Positions 55,221 through 63,460 of a stretch of DNA of 63,460 nt are shown here, piece after piece. The stretch is from contig JAZAAK010000047.1 in NCBI GenBank assembly GCA_036138175.1, forward strand, positions 1 through 63,460, given 5' to 3'. Numbering within the stretch: position 1 is the first letter of the stretch; every line of letters begins with the position of its first letter. The notes beneath the pieces are model-generated. The model did not search any database. It was not told the DNA's origin and worked only from the letters and a program-made list of their open reading frames with translations. The translations under genes and the position numbers were made by a program. The DNA comes from Thermoplasmatota archaeon (GTDB lineage: Archaea; Thermoplasmatota; Poseidoniia; Poseidoniales; Thalassarchaeaceae).

Positions 55221-58160
55221 TCAAACGAGTTCTATATCATCGTCGTCATAAACCAACTCTTCTTCTTCCTCTTCCTCAAGAATTGGAGTTTCTGAATCTT
55301 CTTCAGAGTAGGTATCTGAATCGTCATTTTCAGCCTCTTTCATAGCCTCAAGTAGAGCCAAATGGGCTGCCCATTTTCGGCGGTTCATTCGGCTTTGAAC
55401 ACCCGCAAAAATTAGCAAAATCGCTACTACCATTACAATTATTGTAGATACACGAGGATTGGTAACCTCATTTATCAGACGATCAAAAATACCATCAATT
55501 CCGACCACCATGTTGAGATTCTTTTCGGCTGTAAATTCATCAGGCCAGCTCTGCTCAGTGTCGTGGGGTTCTGCTGTAATAGTAATCTTCGCTGTATCGC
55601 CATTATTTGCTGAGGATGGAACAGAGACTTCTAGCGTGAAGGTCACCTCTTCAAAGGCGTCCAACTCAATTAACCTTGAACTTGTAGGACCTCCTATGTC
55701 TACATTCCATCCAGACGCACCTTGTACTTCGGCATCAAGTAGAACAATTAGTGGGCTGTTACCTTTGTTTCGAACCTCAAATTGGAAGGAATAAAGACCA
55801 CCGGGTGCAAGTTTTCGGTTTGAAGTAACTTGTACAATTGAAAGGTCGGGTTCATCCGCATCAACTTCGAACACCATTGGCAAATCGAAATATCTTGGAT
55901 TAGAATCTGATGTATCCTCTCTTATTCTTAGGTAAACAGTGTGGTTACCAACGATGACTTGGTCGGTTAGAGTGACTACAACAAACACCTCTGTGAAGTC
56001 ACCAGGACCGAGAGATACCTGAGGTACCGCTGACCCGTTTTGATCCAAAATTCGGTATTCCCATTGCCCATAAGCCGCCAATCTATCGGTATTCTCTGGA
56101 AGGCTTGCTGGATTGATAATCTGCCATTGAGTAGCGGATTCTCCGCTCGTCATACTATTCGTTATGCGGGCACGTAGATTCACTTCGGGGTCATTAAGTG
56201 TGGAACAAAGGGACACTTGGATGTGGCCTAATGGAGTACCATCACAATCTTGAGATACTTCTGCTCGAATACCGAATGTTCTCTGAATTGTAAACTCAAC
56301 CGTAGTCCTGAGGGAGGCATTTCCATTGCTTATTACCTCAATCTCAATCATCCCGATATCTGGGTCCTCTCGGTCTGTTGAAGGTTTTACATTGAACCGA
56401 AGAATCTGTGTTGAATGCCTCTCTAGCGGTGGTATATGGAAAGTTCCATCACCATCATCTTCTAGGATTCTTTCACCTGTATCGTTGTCGTAAATCTGGA
56501 TAATTGACTTAGAACGCTTTAGAATATCTACTCTGAAATTATCTGTGTCGAATCCTGTGTTGAATATCTCTAGTAAGAACGTATTGAATTGGTTGTCCTC
56601 AACATATCTTGGTATTGTTGGGTCGATATCACCCGGACGGCTAGAGTTAGCAATTGGTATATCGTGATCTTCATTCCATATCGAAACATCTGGAGGCTGA
56701 TAGACTTCCAGCTTTTCTAAATCGAGGGTAAGAAGGTCTTGATGGACGACGGTTTGAACACCTTCTATCGTGGCTTCAGCGACTGCTCTAATCTCAATTT
56801 TATCAGGCGTTCCTGTCAAGTCATCAGGGGCCGTTATGGTAAGTATTGGATTCAGAATATCACCACCCGAATTCAGGGTGTAACCACCTGGTGAGTCGAA
56901 CTCAATAAGCCATGAACTACCTAAGTTAGTCAGCAACTCAAGTTCTACAGTCATTGATTTGGTAGAATCTCCTCTGTGGACTAATTGAAGTGGTACTGGA
57001 GTTGTTTCATCGGGGGCAACATATTCCACAGTTCTGTCTTCCCGGTGGTTAATCGCTACACCCCATTGTTTCATTTCAACAGGTTCATGCTCAACGAGGA
57101 ATGCGTTACCTTGAACGTCAGTAATTTCCAATTCGACAGTGTATTCTCCAGAAGGAAGACCGCTTGGATAAGTCCATGTGTAGGTGCCGAAAATACCCTG
57201 ACTAGTATCTCTAATTCCATCATCATCCGATGAAATCTCATGGTCTATGCGGTAATTTCCATTTGGATCCCGCATCAATAATTTCACAGAATCCATGTCT
57301 TCTCTACCAAAGGCGCTCTTAACATCAAAGGAGAATTGCATTGTTCGATCGGCCAATACGTCATTCGGATACCATTCTAATTCTACTCCATCAGCGAGTT
57401 CGGCACCATCTCTTTGGAGTATAACTTCACTGTCGGCAATGGCATTAGTTTCTACTTCCATTTGGGAATATCGATTGCTTTCTCCATCAATCTCGTTCCA
57501 TGCCACCTCTGCTTCACAACTACTTCCAAATGGACCTCCTGAACTTTCACATCCAGACATTTCAGCAGAGACCTCAACTGTTAATTCATTACCATCTTGG
57601 ATAACAAAACCATCTCCTCCGTCCAAAATGACTTCGAATAGTTCATGATCGAAGTTGCAAGAGTTAGTTATCCCTGGATTACATGCGTCTGTTTCCCAAG
57701 ACTCGGAGCCAACGGTATTGCCATTTGCACTAATCACAATATCCCATGTGACCTGAGAGTTACTAGGCCCCTGAGCGCGGAGGAAAAATTGCACTGGAAT
57801 GTAAAATTGACCGCTGGATGATCCATGTTTTGGGCGGCCGGTAATTTCGAGGGAACTCAACAGATCTCCAGTTGTGAACTCTATTGTAGAATCTAATGCA
57901 CTAGAGGTCGATTGACCACCTGACTCAGGCACCATTGTTGAAATGTGGCCATCACCTCCAGAAGACGAGTTGGCTTCTGCAAAATAGAGTGTGTAGACTT
58001 TGGATTCAATATCCTCTGAATTCTCTGCCTTAGTATCCGTTTGGAGATAGGTTGGTTCTGTGAAAAAAGTGGCCATTTGAGGAGTTATCATCAAAATCGC
58101 GAGGAATATCGCAATTTGGGTGAACTTGCCATCTCGAAACGGCGTACTGCTCCCACTCAT
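55221..58160 (-). CDS. large surface protein, 979 aa: N-terminal TM/signal, CARDB/NEW3-like Ig domains, C-terminal TM and poly-acidic tail
   Basis: N-terminal FTQIAIFLAILMITPQMATFF. An Ig-like segment (LAPGGLYSFQFEVRNKGNSPL...TFTLEVSVPSSANNGDTAKITITAEP). TM VSTIIVMVVAILLIFAGV. Tail ...EEEEEEELVYDDDDIELV. It ends 75 nt upstream of the 2980-aa gene on the same strand. Confidence 0.8.
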   Translation of the reverse strand: MSGSSTPFRDGKFTQIAIFLAILMITPQMATFFTEPTYLQTDTKAENSEDIESKVYTLYFAEANSSSGGDGHISTMVPESGGQSTSSALDSTIEFTTGDLLSSLEITGRPKHGSSSGQFYIPVQFFLRAQGPSNSQVTWDIVISANGNTVGSESWETDACNPGITNSCNFDHELFEVILDGGDGFVIQDGNELTVEVSAEMSGCESSGGPFGSSCEAEVAWNEIDGESNRYSQMEVETNAIADSEVILQRDGAELADGVELEWYPNDVLADRTMQFSFDVKSAFGREDMDSVKLLMRDPNGNYRIDHEISSDDDGIRDTSQGIFGTYTWTYPSGLPSGEYTVELEITDVQGNAFLVEHEPVEMKQWGVAINHREDRTVEYVAPDETTPVPLQLVHRGDSTKSMTVELELLTNLGSSWLIEFDSPGGYTLNSGGDILNPILTITAPDDLTGTPDKIEIRAVAEATIEGVQTVVHQDLLTLDLEKLEVYQPPDVSIWNEDHDIPIANSSRPGDIDPTIPRYVEDNQFNTFLLEIFNTGFDTDNFRVDILKRSKSIIQIYDNDTGERILEDDGDGTFHIPPLERHSTQILRFNVKPSTDREDPDIGMIEIEVISNGNASLRTTVEFTIQRTFGIRAEVSQDCDGTPLGHIQVSLCSTLNDPEVNLRARITNSMTSGESATQWQIINPASLPENTDRLAAYGQWEYRILDQNGSAVPQVSLGPGDFTEVFVVVTLTDQVIVGNHTVYLRIREDTSDSNPRYFDLPMVFEVDADEPDLSIVQVTSNRKLAPGGLYSFQFEVRNKGNSPLIVLLDAEVQGASGWNVDIGGPTSSRLIELDAFEEVTFTLEVSVPSSANNGDTAKITITAEPHDTEQSWPDEFTAEKNLNMVVGIDGIFDRLINEVTNPRVSTIIVMVVAILLIFAGVQSRMNRRKWAAHLALLEAMKEAENDDSDTYSEEDSETPILEEEEEEELVYDDDDIELV

Positions 58161-58169
58161 CGTCTACCC

Positions 58170-58210
58170 GCACTCGGAGGGGTGTTAAAGCGTTCGTGAA
58201 GTCCGAGTGC
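58170..58210. promoter_or_regulatory. 9-bp perfect inverted repeat GCACTCGGA / TCCGAGTGC bracketing a TATA-like TTTAAC about 27 nt upstream of the 979-aa gene's ATG
   Basis: GCACTCGGA is at 58170-58178 and TCCGAGTGC at 58202-58210, with a 23-nt spacer. The sense-strand spacer is CTTCACGAACGCTTTAACACCCC. The TATA-to-ATG spacing suggests a leaderless mRNA. Confidence 0.4.
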
Positions 58211-58229
58211 TATTTGCATCGTTTTTTAC

Positions 58230-58249
58230 ACGCCCCCATGAGGGGGCGT
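58230..58249. promoter_or_regulatory. perfect 8-bp GC hairpin ACGCCCCC-atga-GGGGGCGT between the 979-aa gene and tRNA-Leu
   Basis: Read directly from the sequence. It sits in the divergent intergenic region 43 nt upstream of tRNA-Leu. Confidence 0.4.
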
Positions 58250-58291
58250 AAATCCGCTCGTTTCAAGTCTGATAAGGTCCTCAGAGACCTC

Positions 58292-58377
58292 GCAGGGGTA
58301 CCCGAGCTGGTCAAAGGGGCCGGACTTAAGCTCCGGTGCGTAGAGCTTCGTGGGTTCAAATCCCACCCCCTGCACCA
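58292..58377 (+). tRNA. tRNA-Leu (anticodon UAA), class II, CCA encoded
   Basis: Acceptor GCAGGGG/CCCCTGC, anticodon arm CCGGA-CTTAAGC-TCCGG, long variable arm, T arm GTGGG-TTCAAAT-CCCAC, discriminator A, CCA. Confidence 0.9.
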
Positions 58378-58779
58378 CTACTTTATTCGGGTGATTGAAC
58401 AGCCTAATTGACCATCTCCATCAAAGACATCCAATTTGGTGATTACAACAGTAGCAGCCTCAACCGAGCGAGGTTTTAGTATTCTATCCAACAAACGGTT
58501 TGCAAGTGTTTCCAAAAGTGAAGCGCGCTGTAAATTCAAAGTCTCATCTAATACTGCCACCAAGTATTCGTAATCAAGAACTTGAGAAATTTCATCTTCT
58601 TCTGGAGCGCTGTCTCCAGATAGCATAACGTAAATATCGAAAGAAAGGCGCTGGGGTGAGCCAATTTCGTGGTCATGAACGCCTATATCCACCTGTCTAA
58701 TTACCTTCTCCAGGAATAAACAAGTGGCCGCTTGATCGCGAGAAAAAATTTGCATTAAGGCGTCCGAATGTGAGGTCAT
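58378..58779 (-). CDS. dihydroneopterin aldolase (FolB/FolX)-family protein
   Basis: The pattern IGVHDHEIGSPQRLSFDIYV...VLDYEYL...LLETLANRLLDRIL...VVITKLD follows the FolB tunnelling-fold consensus. Its ATG overlaps the upstream SDR stop by 1 nt (TAATG). Its stop abuts the tRNA-Leu CCA end. Confidence 0.6.
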   Translation of the reverse strand: MTSHSDALMQIFSRDQAATCLFLEKVIRQVDIGVHDHEIGSPQRLSFDIYVMLSGDSAPEEDEISQVLDYEYLVAVLDETLNLQRASLLETLANRLLDRILKPRSVEAATVVITKLDVFDGDGQLGCSITRIK

Positions 58780-59543
58780 TAAACACCCTCCGTTTCAAAT
58801 GCGACGTCTCGACTTCTGGAAAGGAATCTTTCTCCAGCATCGACAAAAATTATCTGTCCGGTAATTGAATTTCCTTCAATAAGAAAAACTACAGCCTGAG
58901 CAATATCATCTGGGGAAGGGCCGTATCCAAGTGGGCTTTCAGACTGGGCTCGATTGAATCCCGCTTCTGTTTGGTCAGGGCTTGCTAAGGTGTGACCTGG
59001 TGCGACAGCGTTTATTCTCAGTTTAGGCGCAAGGCCTCTTGCAAGAGCCTCGGTTATTCCTAGAAGGGCAAATCTTGAGGCAGTATACGAAATGTGATCT
59101 GGATTAGGTGCTGCAATTTTCTGATCCAAAATGTTGACCACTGACCCGGCCATATTCTCGGGGAGATTTTCTAGTAATTCCCGAGTTAAAATCAGAGGTG
59201 CTTTTGCATTTACGTCCATATGCTGATTCCAAGATTTATCATCAAAACTTTCTAAGTCATCATGCTCGAATTGTGAGGCATTATTCACAAGGTGTAAAAT
59301 CGGTCCAATTTTTGATGATGCCTTGGAAATAATTTTGGTAAATTCTTCCGGATTCGATAAATCTCCTTTTACTGTGCAAGCATCAACACCAAATCCTCTA
59401 ATCTTCTCTGCCAATTCCTCGGCGTCTTTTGCAGACGAATTGTGGTGAACTGCGACTGAGTGACCTTTTTGTGCTAGGTGAAGACAAATTGCAGCGCCAA
59501 TTCTCTTTGCACCTCCTGTCACGAGTGCAGCACTGCGAGCCAT
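58779..59543 (-). CDS. short-chain dehydrogenase/reductase, pteridine reductase (FolM/PTR1)-like
   Basis: ALVTGGAKRIGAAI cofactor motif, NNAS, YTASRFAL (YxxxK-type position; here Y...R), INAVAPG, and a C-terminal GQIIFVDAG. Confidence 0.7.
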   Translation of the reverse strand: MARSAALVTGGAKRIGAAICLHLAQKGHSVAVHHNSSAKDAEELAEKIRGFGVDACTVKGDLSNPEEFTKIISKASSKIGPILHLVNNASQFEHDDLESFDDKSWNQHMDVNAKAPLILTRELLENLPENMAGSVVNILDQKIAAPNPDHISYTASRFALLGITEALARGLAPKLRINAVAPGHTLASPDQTEAGFNRAQSESPLGYGPSPDDIAQAVVFLIEGNSITGQIIFVDAGERFLSRSRDVAFETEGV

Positions 59544-59647
59544 CCGTACTTGCGAGCGAAGTCTGGTATATGTCTACTCGTTTTGAAAGGCCTCATCTGG
59601 AGGTTTGAGGCGAATGATTAACGCCGTGTGTCTGCTCCTCGTAATCA

Positions 59648-60736
59648 ATGGGTGTACCGCTGCCCCAAGCAAATGGCACTGAAGTGTCCTCTAACAGCTG
59701 TGGAGGTCCGGTCAGAATTGGCGCTGAAGAACGCCGAAAAGCGGAAAGAAAGCGGCTGCCTTCTTGGTTCAAAACTACACTTCCTACAGGGAATGCCCAA
59801 AGCCGGTTTAATGAGACAAAATCTAATGTCCACGAACACGGGTTGCATACAGTTTGCGAAGAGGCTCGATGCCCAAACATACACGATTGTTGGGGTAGAG
59901 GGACTGCAACTTTCATGATTGCAGGGGAAGTCTGTACACGAGGATGTAGGTTCTGTGCAGTCGGCACAGAGAAAACCCCTCCTCCTTTGAATCCAAACGA
60001 GCCTGCAGAACTCGCTGAAGCTGTTGATAGAATGGGCGTTAGTCACGCTGTTATTACAGTAGTCAATCGTGACGACTTAGCAGATGGAGGTGCACAGCAT
60101 TACCGTAATTGTATCAAAGCAGTACACGATAGATGCCCTGATGTTGGACTAGAATTACTCTGCTCTGACCTAGATGGGAATCTTGAGGCGCTAGCCGATT
60201 TACTTGATGAATTACCGCTCAAAGTCTTCGCCCACAATGTAGAATGTGTGCCCAGGTTGGACTCTACTGTTCGCGATCCTCGTGCTTCGTTTACACAATC
60301 GCTGAATATTCTACAAGAAGCTAAGCGATTAAGGCCAGATCTGGCAATCAAATCCAGCATAATGGTCGGTGTAGGAGAAACCGATCAAGAAGTTGTTGAA
60401 GCTATGCAACTGCTAAGAGGAGTTGGAGTTGAGTTAATCACTCTGGGCCAATATCTACAACCAAGTTGGAAACATCTTGCAGTGGATAGATTTCCTGAGC
60501 CAAAAACTTTCGCTGAGTGGGACCAAGCCGCGAGAGAAATGGGATTCACTGCGGTTGCTAGTGGGCCGTTAGTACGCTCTTCCTACCGAGCGGGTTTGCT
60601 TTGGGAAGAAGCAATGGGTGGGGAACCAGTCGTTACAAGAGACTCTACAGGTTCAGCAATTAGCCATTTGAATCCTAGCAAAGATCTGCTCGCTACCAAT
60701 GAGGTTCGGTTGTCCTCGGAGCACAAAACAATATGA
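59648..60736 (+). CDS. lipA: lipoyl synthase
   Basis: CEEARCPNIHDCW (auxiliary cluster) and TFMIAGEVCTRGCRFCAV (radical-SAM CxxxCxxC). Confidence 0.9.
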   Translation: MGVPLPQANGTEVSSNSCGGPVRIGAEERRKAERKRLPSWFKTTLPTGNAQSRFNETKSNVHEHGLHTVCEEARCPNIHDCWGRGTATFMIAGEVCTRGCRFCAVGTEKTPPPLNPNEPAELAEAVDRMGVSHAVITVVNRDDLADGGAQHYRNCIKAVHDRCPDVGLELLCSDLDGNLEALADLLDELPLKVFAHNVECVPRLDSTVRDPRASFTQSLNILQEAKRLRPDLAIKSSIMVGVGETDQEVVEAMQLLRGVGVELITLGQYLQPSWKHLAVDRFPEPKTFAEWDQAAREMGFTAVASGPLVRSSYRAGLLWEEAMGGEPVVTRDSTGSAISHLNPSKDLLATNEVRLSSEHKTI

Positions 60737-60758
60737 AGGAATAATCGGAGGCATAATT

Positions 60759-62006
60759 ATGGCAGCGAAAAAGAAGAAGCAAGTAACCTTGCATGTACCC
60801 TCCGCTCCCTTCCGGCCAGGGGACAAGGCTAGTTTCGCGCCATTCGAAAACGAGCCAGGAGACCTTTCTAGACCTGATCCCGTAAGCTGCACCGCATCTG
60901 AAACCACAGACCATGCATATGGGCTTGTAAGAGTACTAGATTTCGAAGGTAATGCTAGTGGGCCTTGGAATCCCGACTTATCTCCAGATGAGCTTCGTGA
61001 AGGCCTGGAATATATGGTTAGAATGCGAATATTCGATGATAGGATGATGAAAATGCAACGTACTGGTAAGTTGTCGTTTTACATGCGCTCCTATGGAGAA
61101 GAGGCAGTTGCAATCGCACAAACCATGGCATTAGAAACTCAGGATTGGATATTCCCTACCTACAGACAGCCTGGAGCGCAATTTGTCAGAGGAAGAGACA
61201 TGGTTAGCATGATCAACCACTGTATTGGCAATGAAGAAGACAATGTGAAGGGTAGGCAAATGCCTGTCCATTACACCTATCGCGAGGGGCGTTTTATCTC
61301 GGTTTCAAGCCCGGTTGGGACCCAATTTAGTCAAGCCGTAGGTGTTGCGATGGCTTCTCAATACAAGGCCCTTGATGAATGCTGTATCACTTGGATAGGA
61401 GATGGTTCTAGTGCTGAAGGAGATTACCATTATGCACTCAATTTCGCTTCTGTATTCAAGCCACCAGTTATTCTCAATATCGTAAACAATCAATGGGCAA
61501 TTTCGACTCACGCTAACTTAGCAAGTGGTAACCCAACATTCGCTGCAAGAGGATTGGCCTACAATGTGCCTTCAATGAGAGTGGATGGAAATGACTTCTT
61601 AGCGCTCTATTCAGTTACGAAATGGGCAAGAGAGCGCGCGGCAGCCGGAGAGGGTGCTACGCATATTGAGGTGCTTACCTATCGCGCTGGAGCACACTCC
61701 TCCAGCGATGACCCCAGTAGATATCGCCCCGGAGACGAGCACGAGGCTTGGCCTGGTGGCGACCCAGTCGACAGATTAGTCCAGCATTTGGTTGCAATCG
61801 GAGAATGGTCGGAAGAGCAGCAAAAGGAATTAGAGGAAAGAGTCGATGGTGAGGTAATGGCTGCTTACAAGGAAGCTGTTACTTATGGAGATCTGGCCAA
61901 TGGACCTTATCCTTCAGCGGATACAATCTTTACTGAAGTATACGAGGAAGTCCCTTGGCATCTTCAAGAACAATGGGATGAAATGAAGAAATGGAGTGTG
62001 GACTGA
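60759..62006 (+). CDS. 2-oxoacid dehydrogenase E1 component alpha subunit (BCKDH/PDH-like, ThDP-dependent)
   Basis: ThDP motif region IGDGSSAEGDYHYALNFASV...NNQWAIST. ATG at 60759 has GGAGG 8 nt upstream; the ORF-track start overlaps lipA. Confidence 0.85.
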   Translation: MAAKKKKQVTLHVPSAPFRPGDKASFAPFENEPGDLSRPDPVSCTASETTDHAYGLVRVLDFEGNASGPWNPDLSPDELREGLEYMVRMRIFDDRMMKMQRTGKLSFYMRSYGEEAVAIAQTMALETQDWIFPTYRQPGAQFVRGRDMVSMINHCIGNEEDNVKGRQMPVHYTYREGRFISVSSPVGTQFSQAVGVAMASQYKALDECCITWIGDGSSAEGDYHYALNFASVFKPPVILNIVNNQWAISTHANLASGNPTFAARGLAYNVPSMRVDGNDFLALYSVTKWARERAAAGEGATHIEVLTYRAGAHSSSDDPSRYRPGDEHEAWPGGDPVDRLVQHLVAIGEWSEEQQKELEERVDGEVMAAYKEAVTYGDLANGPYPSADTIFTEVYEEVPWHLQEQWDEMKKWSVD

Positions 62007-62007
62007 A

Positions 62008-63018
62008 ATGCCTGAAATGAATATTGTTCAAGCAGTTAATTCAGCTCTAGACATTATGCTGGAGAAAGACCCAGATGTGATATTCTTTGGTGAAGATGCA
62101 GGATACTTTGGAGGTGTGTTCCGAACCTCAGATGGTTTGCAAGAAAAACACGGTACACACCGTGTATTCGATACGCCTCTTTCCGAAGGTGGAATTGCTG
62201 CAATCGCATTTGGCATGGGAATCAATGGATTAAGGCCGGTTGCAGAAATCCAATTTGCCGATTACATATTCCCAGCCTATGACCAAATTGTCAACGAAAT
62301 CGCCAAAGTTAGACATCGATCGGGTGGTGAGTTTTGGTGCCCATTAACAATCAGAACTCCCGCAGGTGGTGGAATTCGCGGTGGGCATCATCACTCGCAG
62401 AGCCCAGAGTCTCAATTTACCCACACTTCCGGGATAAATGTGGTTTACACTTCAACACCTTACAACTCCAAGGGCCTACTCATTTCTGCGATTGAATCCA
62501 ACGACCCCGTTGTGGTATTCGAACCTAAGCGATGTTACAGAGGGCCTTTCTATGGCGACCCACATAATGTCCCAACCTGGAAAGATCACCCAGAGGCAGA
62601 AGTCCCAGAGGCGCATTATACAGTGCCCCTTGGTGAGGCAAGACTTGCAATGGAAGGTACTGACTGCACAGTGATTTCTTGGGGCGCAATGGTCCACGTA
62701 AGCGAACAGGCAATCAAAGACAGTGGAGTTAGTTGCGACCTAATTGATTTGCAAACTTTGGTACCTTGGGATAAAGATGCGATTGTAAAATCGATAGAAA
62801 AAACTGGACGTTGTGTTATAGTTCACGAAGCACCGAAAACTAGTGGATTTGGAGCAGAAATGGCAGCCAGTGTTCAGGAGAGATGCTTCTACCACTTAGA
62901 AGCACCAATAGAAAGAGTCACGGGATGGGACACACCGTTCCCGCACACAACAGAATGGGATTATATGCCCAGCCCGGCGAGAATCGCCGATGCAATAAAG
63001 AAAACAATGGAGGAATGA
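62008..63018 (+). CDS. 2-oxoacid dehydrogenase E1 component beta subunit
   Basis: MNIVQAVNSAL...FGEDAGYFGGVFRTSDGLQEKHG..RVFDTPLSEGGI...EIQFADYIFPAYDQI is typical E1beta. The ATG lies 1 nt after the E1alpha TGA. Confidence 0.9.
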   Translation: MPEMNIVQAVNSALDIMLEKDPDVIFFGEDAGYFGGVFRTSDGLQEKHGTHRVFDTPLSEGGIAAIAFGMGINGLRPVAEIQFADYIFPAYDQIVNEIAKVRHRSGGEFWCPLTIRTPAGGGIRGGHHHSQSPESQFTHTSGINVVYTSTPYNSKGLLISAIESNDPVVVFEPKRCYRGPFYGDPHNVPTWKDHPEAEVPEAHYTVPLGEARLAMEGTDCTVISWGAMVHVSEQAIKDSGVSCDLIDLQTLVPWDKDAIVKSIEKTGRCVIVHEAPKTSGFGAEMAASVQERCFYHLEAPIERVTGWDTPFPHTTEWDYMPSPARIADAIKKTMEE

Positions 63019-63020
63019 AA

Positions 63021-63460
63021 ATGACAAATCGCGTATTCAAACTACCAGATATCGGAGAAGGAGTTGTTGAAGGAGAAGTCGTGCAATGGCACGTATCCGT
63101 TGGAGATTCTGTCTCCGAAGATGATGCACTTGTAGATGTAATGACAGATAAGGCGACTGTGACAATACCCTCACCTCATGATGGAACAATATCCGCTCTA
63201 CATGGTGGTGTGGGTGATATGGTTGCAGTCGGTGCTACATTGGTTGAATTCGGAGAGGGTGGCGATAGCCCTGACGAATCGGTTGAGGAAAAAGAACCAG
63301 CACCGGAAAAAACCGTTGAACCGGAAGTTGTAGCCGAGCCGGAGCAAGTGAAAACACCTCCACCAGTGGCTACTGAACCGGTCGCACCTCCACCTGTACC
63401 TGCAATATCAACACCCGCTCCATTACCAGCGGTTTCCAAACCAACTGAAAGCAGTGGTGG
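63021..63460 (+). CDS. 2-oxoacid dehydrogenase E2 (dihydrolipoamide acyltransferase), 5' part only; runs off the window
   Basis: My hand translation: MTNRVFKLPDIGEGVVEGEVVQWHVSVGDSVSEDDALVDVMTDKATVTIPSPHDGTI... This is a lipoyl domain with the DKA lipoyl-lysine motif, followed by a Pro/Ala/Glu-rich linker. It is not in the ORF track because no stop is reached. Confidence 0.85.
   Translation, partial: MTNRVFKLPDIGEGVVEGEVVQWHVSVGDSVSEDDALVDVMTDKATVTIPSPHDGTISALHGGVGDMVAVGATLVEFGEGGDSPDESVEEKEPAPEKTVEPEVVAEPEQVKTPPPVATEPVAPPPVPAISTPAPLPAVSKPTESSG

Noticed and set aside
46875-57648. Antisense or alternative-frame ORFs of 60-117 aa inside the giant genes (for example 47044-47367, 49015-49359, 53878-54201, 55459-55794, 57295-57648; also 31254-31595 and 32427-32729 in the 1892-aa gene)
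   Set aside because: They are Ser/Pro/Gly-rich mirror translations of Asp/Glu/Thr/Gly-rich coding sequence. They have no start context or motifs and are fully embedded in much longer, domain-bearing ORFs.
59593-60046. Minus-strand ORFs 59593-59967 and 59645-60046 (124 and 133 aa)
   Set aside because: They are antisense to the 5' part of lipA, whose radical-SAM and auxiliary-cluster motifs unambiguously fix the + frame.

Overview
This looks like an archaeal chromosomal segment. Hallmarks are an rpoE'(Rpo7)-spt4-rps24e-rps27ae operon, archaeal-type AlaRS, RtcB plus archease, archaeal DtdA and an XPD helicase. Low GC, very acidic proteins, GGTGA/GGAGG Shine-Dalgarno-like sites and huge thrombospondin-type-3-repeat surface proteins suggest a marine planktonic euryarchaeote (MGII/MGIII-like); that placement is inference only. 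I call about 45 protein genes and 4 tRNAs (Glu-CUC, Thr-GGU, Ser-GGA, Leu-UAA), all with genomically encoded CCA. I saw no rRNA, CRISPR array, transposase or integrase. Housekeeping content includes guaC, alaS, an aminotransferase, rtcB, an AlkA-like glycosylase, proline dehydrogenase, dtdA, purC, gdhA, an HD phosphohydrolase, a FolB-like/pteridine-reductase-like pair, and lipA followed by 2-oxoacid dehydrogenase E1alpha/E1beta/E2 (E2 runs off the window). The striking part is accessory. Five giant envelope proteins (1020, 2277, 1892, 2980 and 979 aa) occupy about 27.5 kb, roughly 43% of the window. One is a 2980-aa protein with TSP3 repeats, a transglutaminase-like core, an Ig-like array, a TM helix and a DUF4129-like tail, co-directional with the 979-aa partner. 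Other items worth follow-up: (1) a membrane-anchored S8 protease whose only defect is an in-frame TGA at the invariant Gly of the catalytic G-T-S motif; (2) a BNR/Ycf48-like beta-propeller fused to a polar-amino-acid ABC permease with no binding-protein gene nearby; (3) recurring perfect hairpins closed by C-G with a GUA(A) loop in front of four of the five giant genes; (4) two ORF-free, hairpin-rich GC islands (29405-29530 and 43245-43669) that could be RNAs or leaders; (5) an rps27ae gene missing from the ORF track. All family assignments are motif recognition by eye and need HMM or BLAST confirmation.
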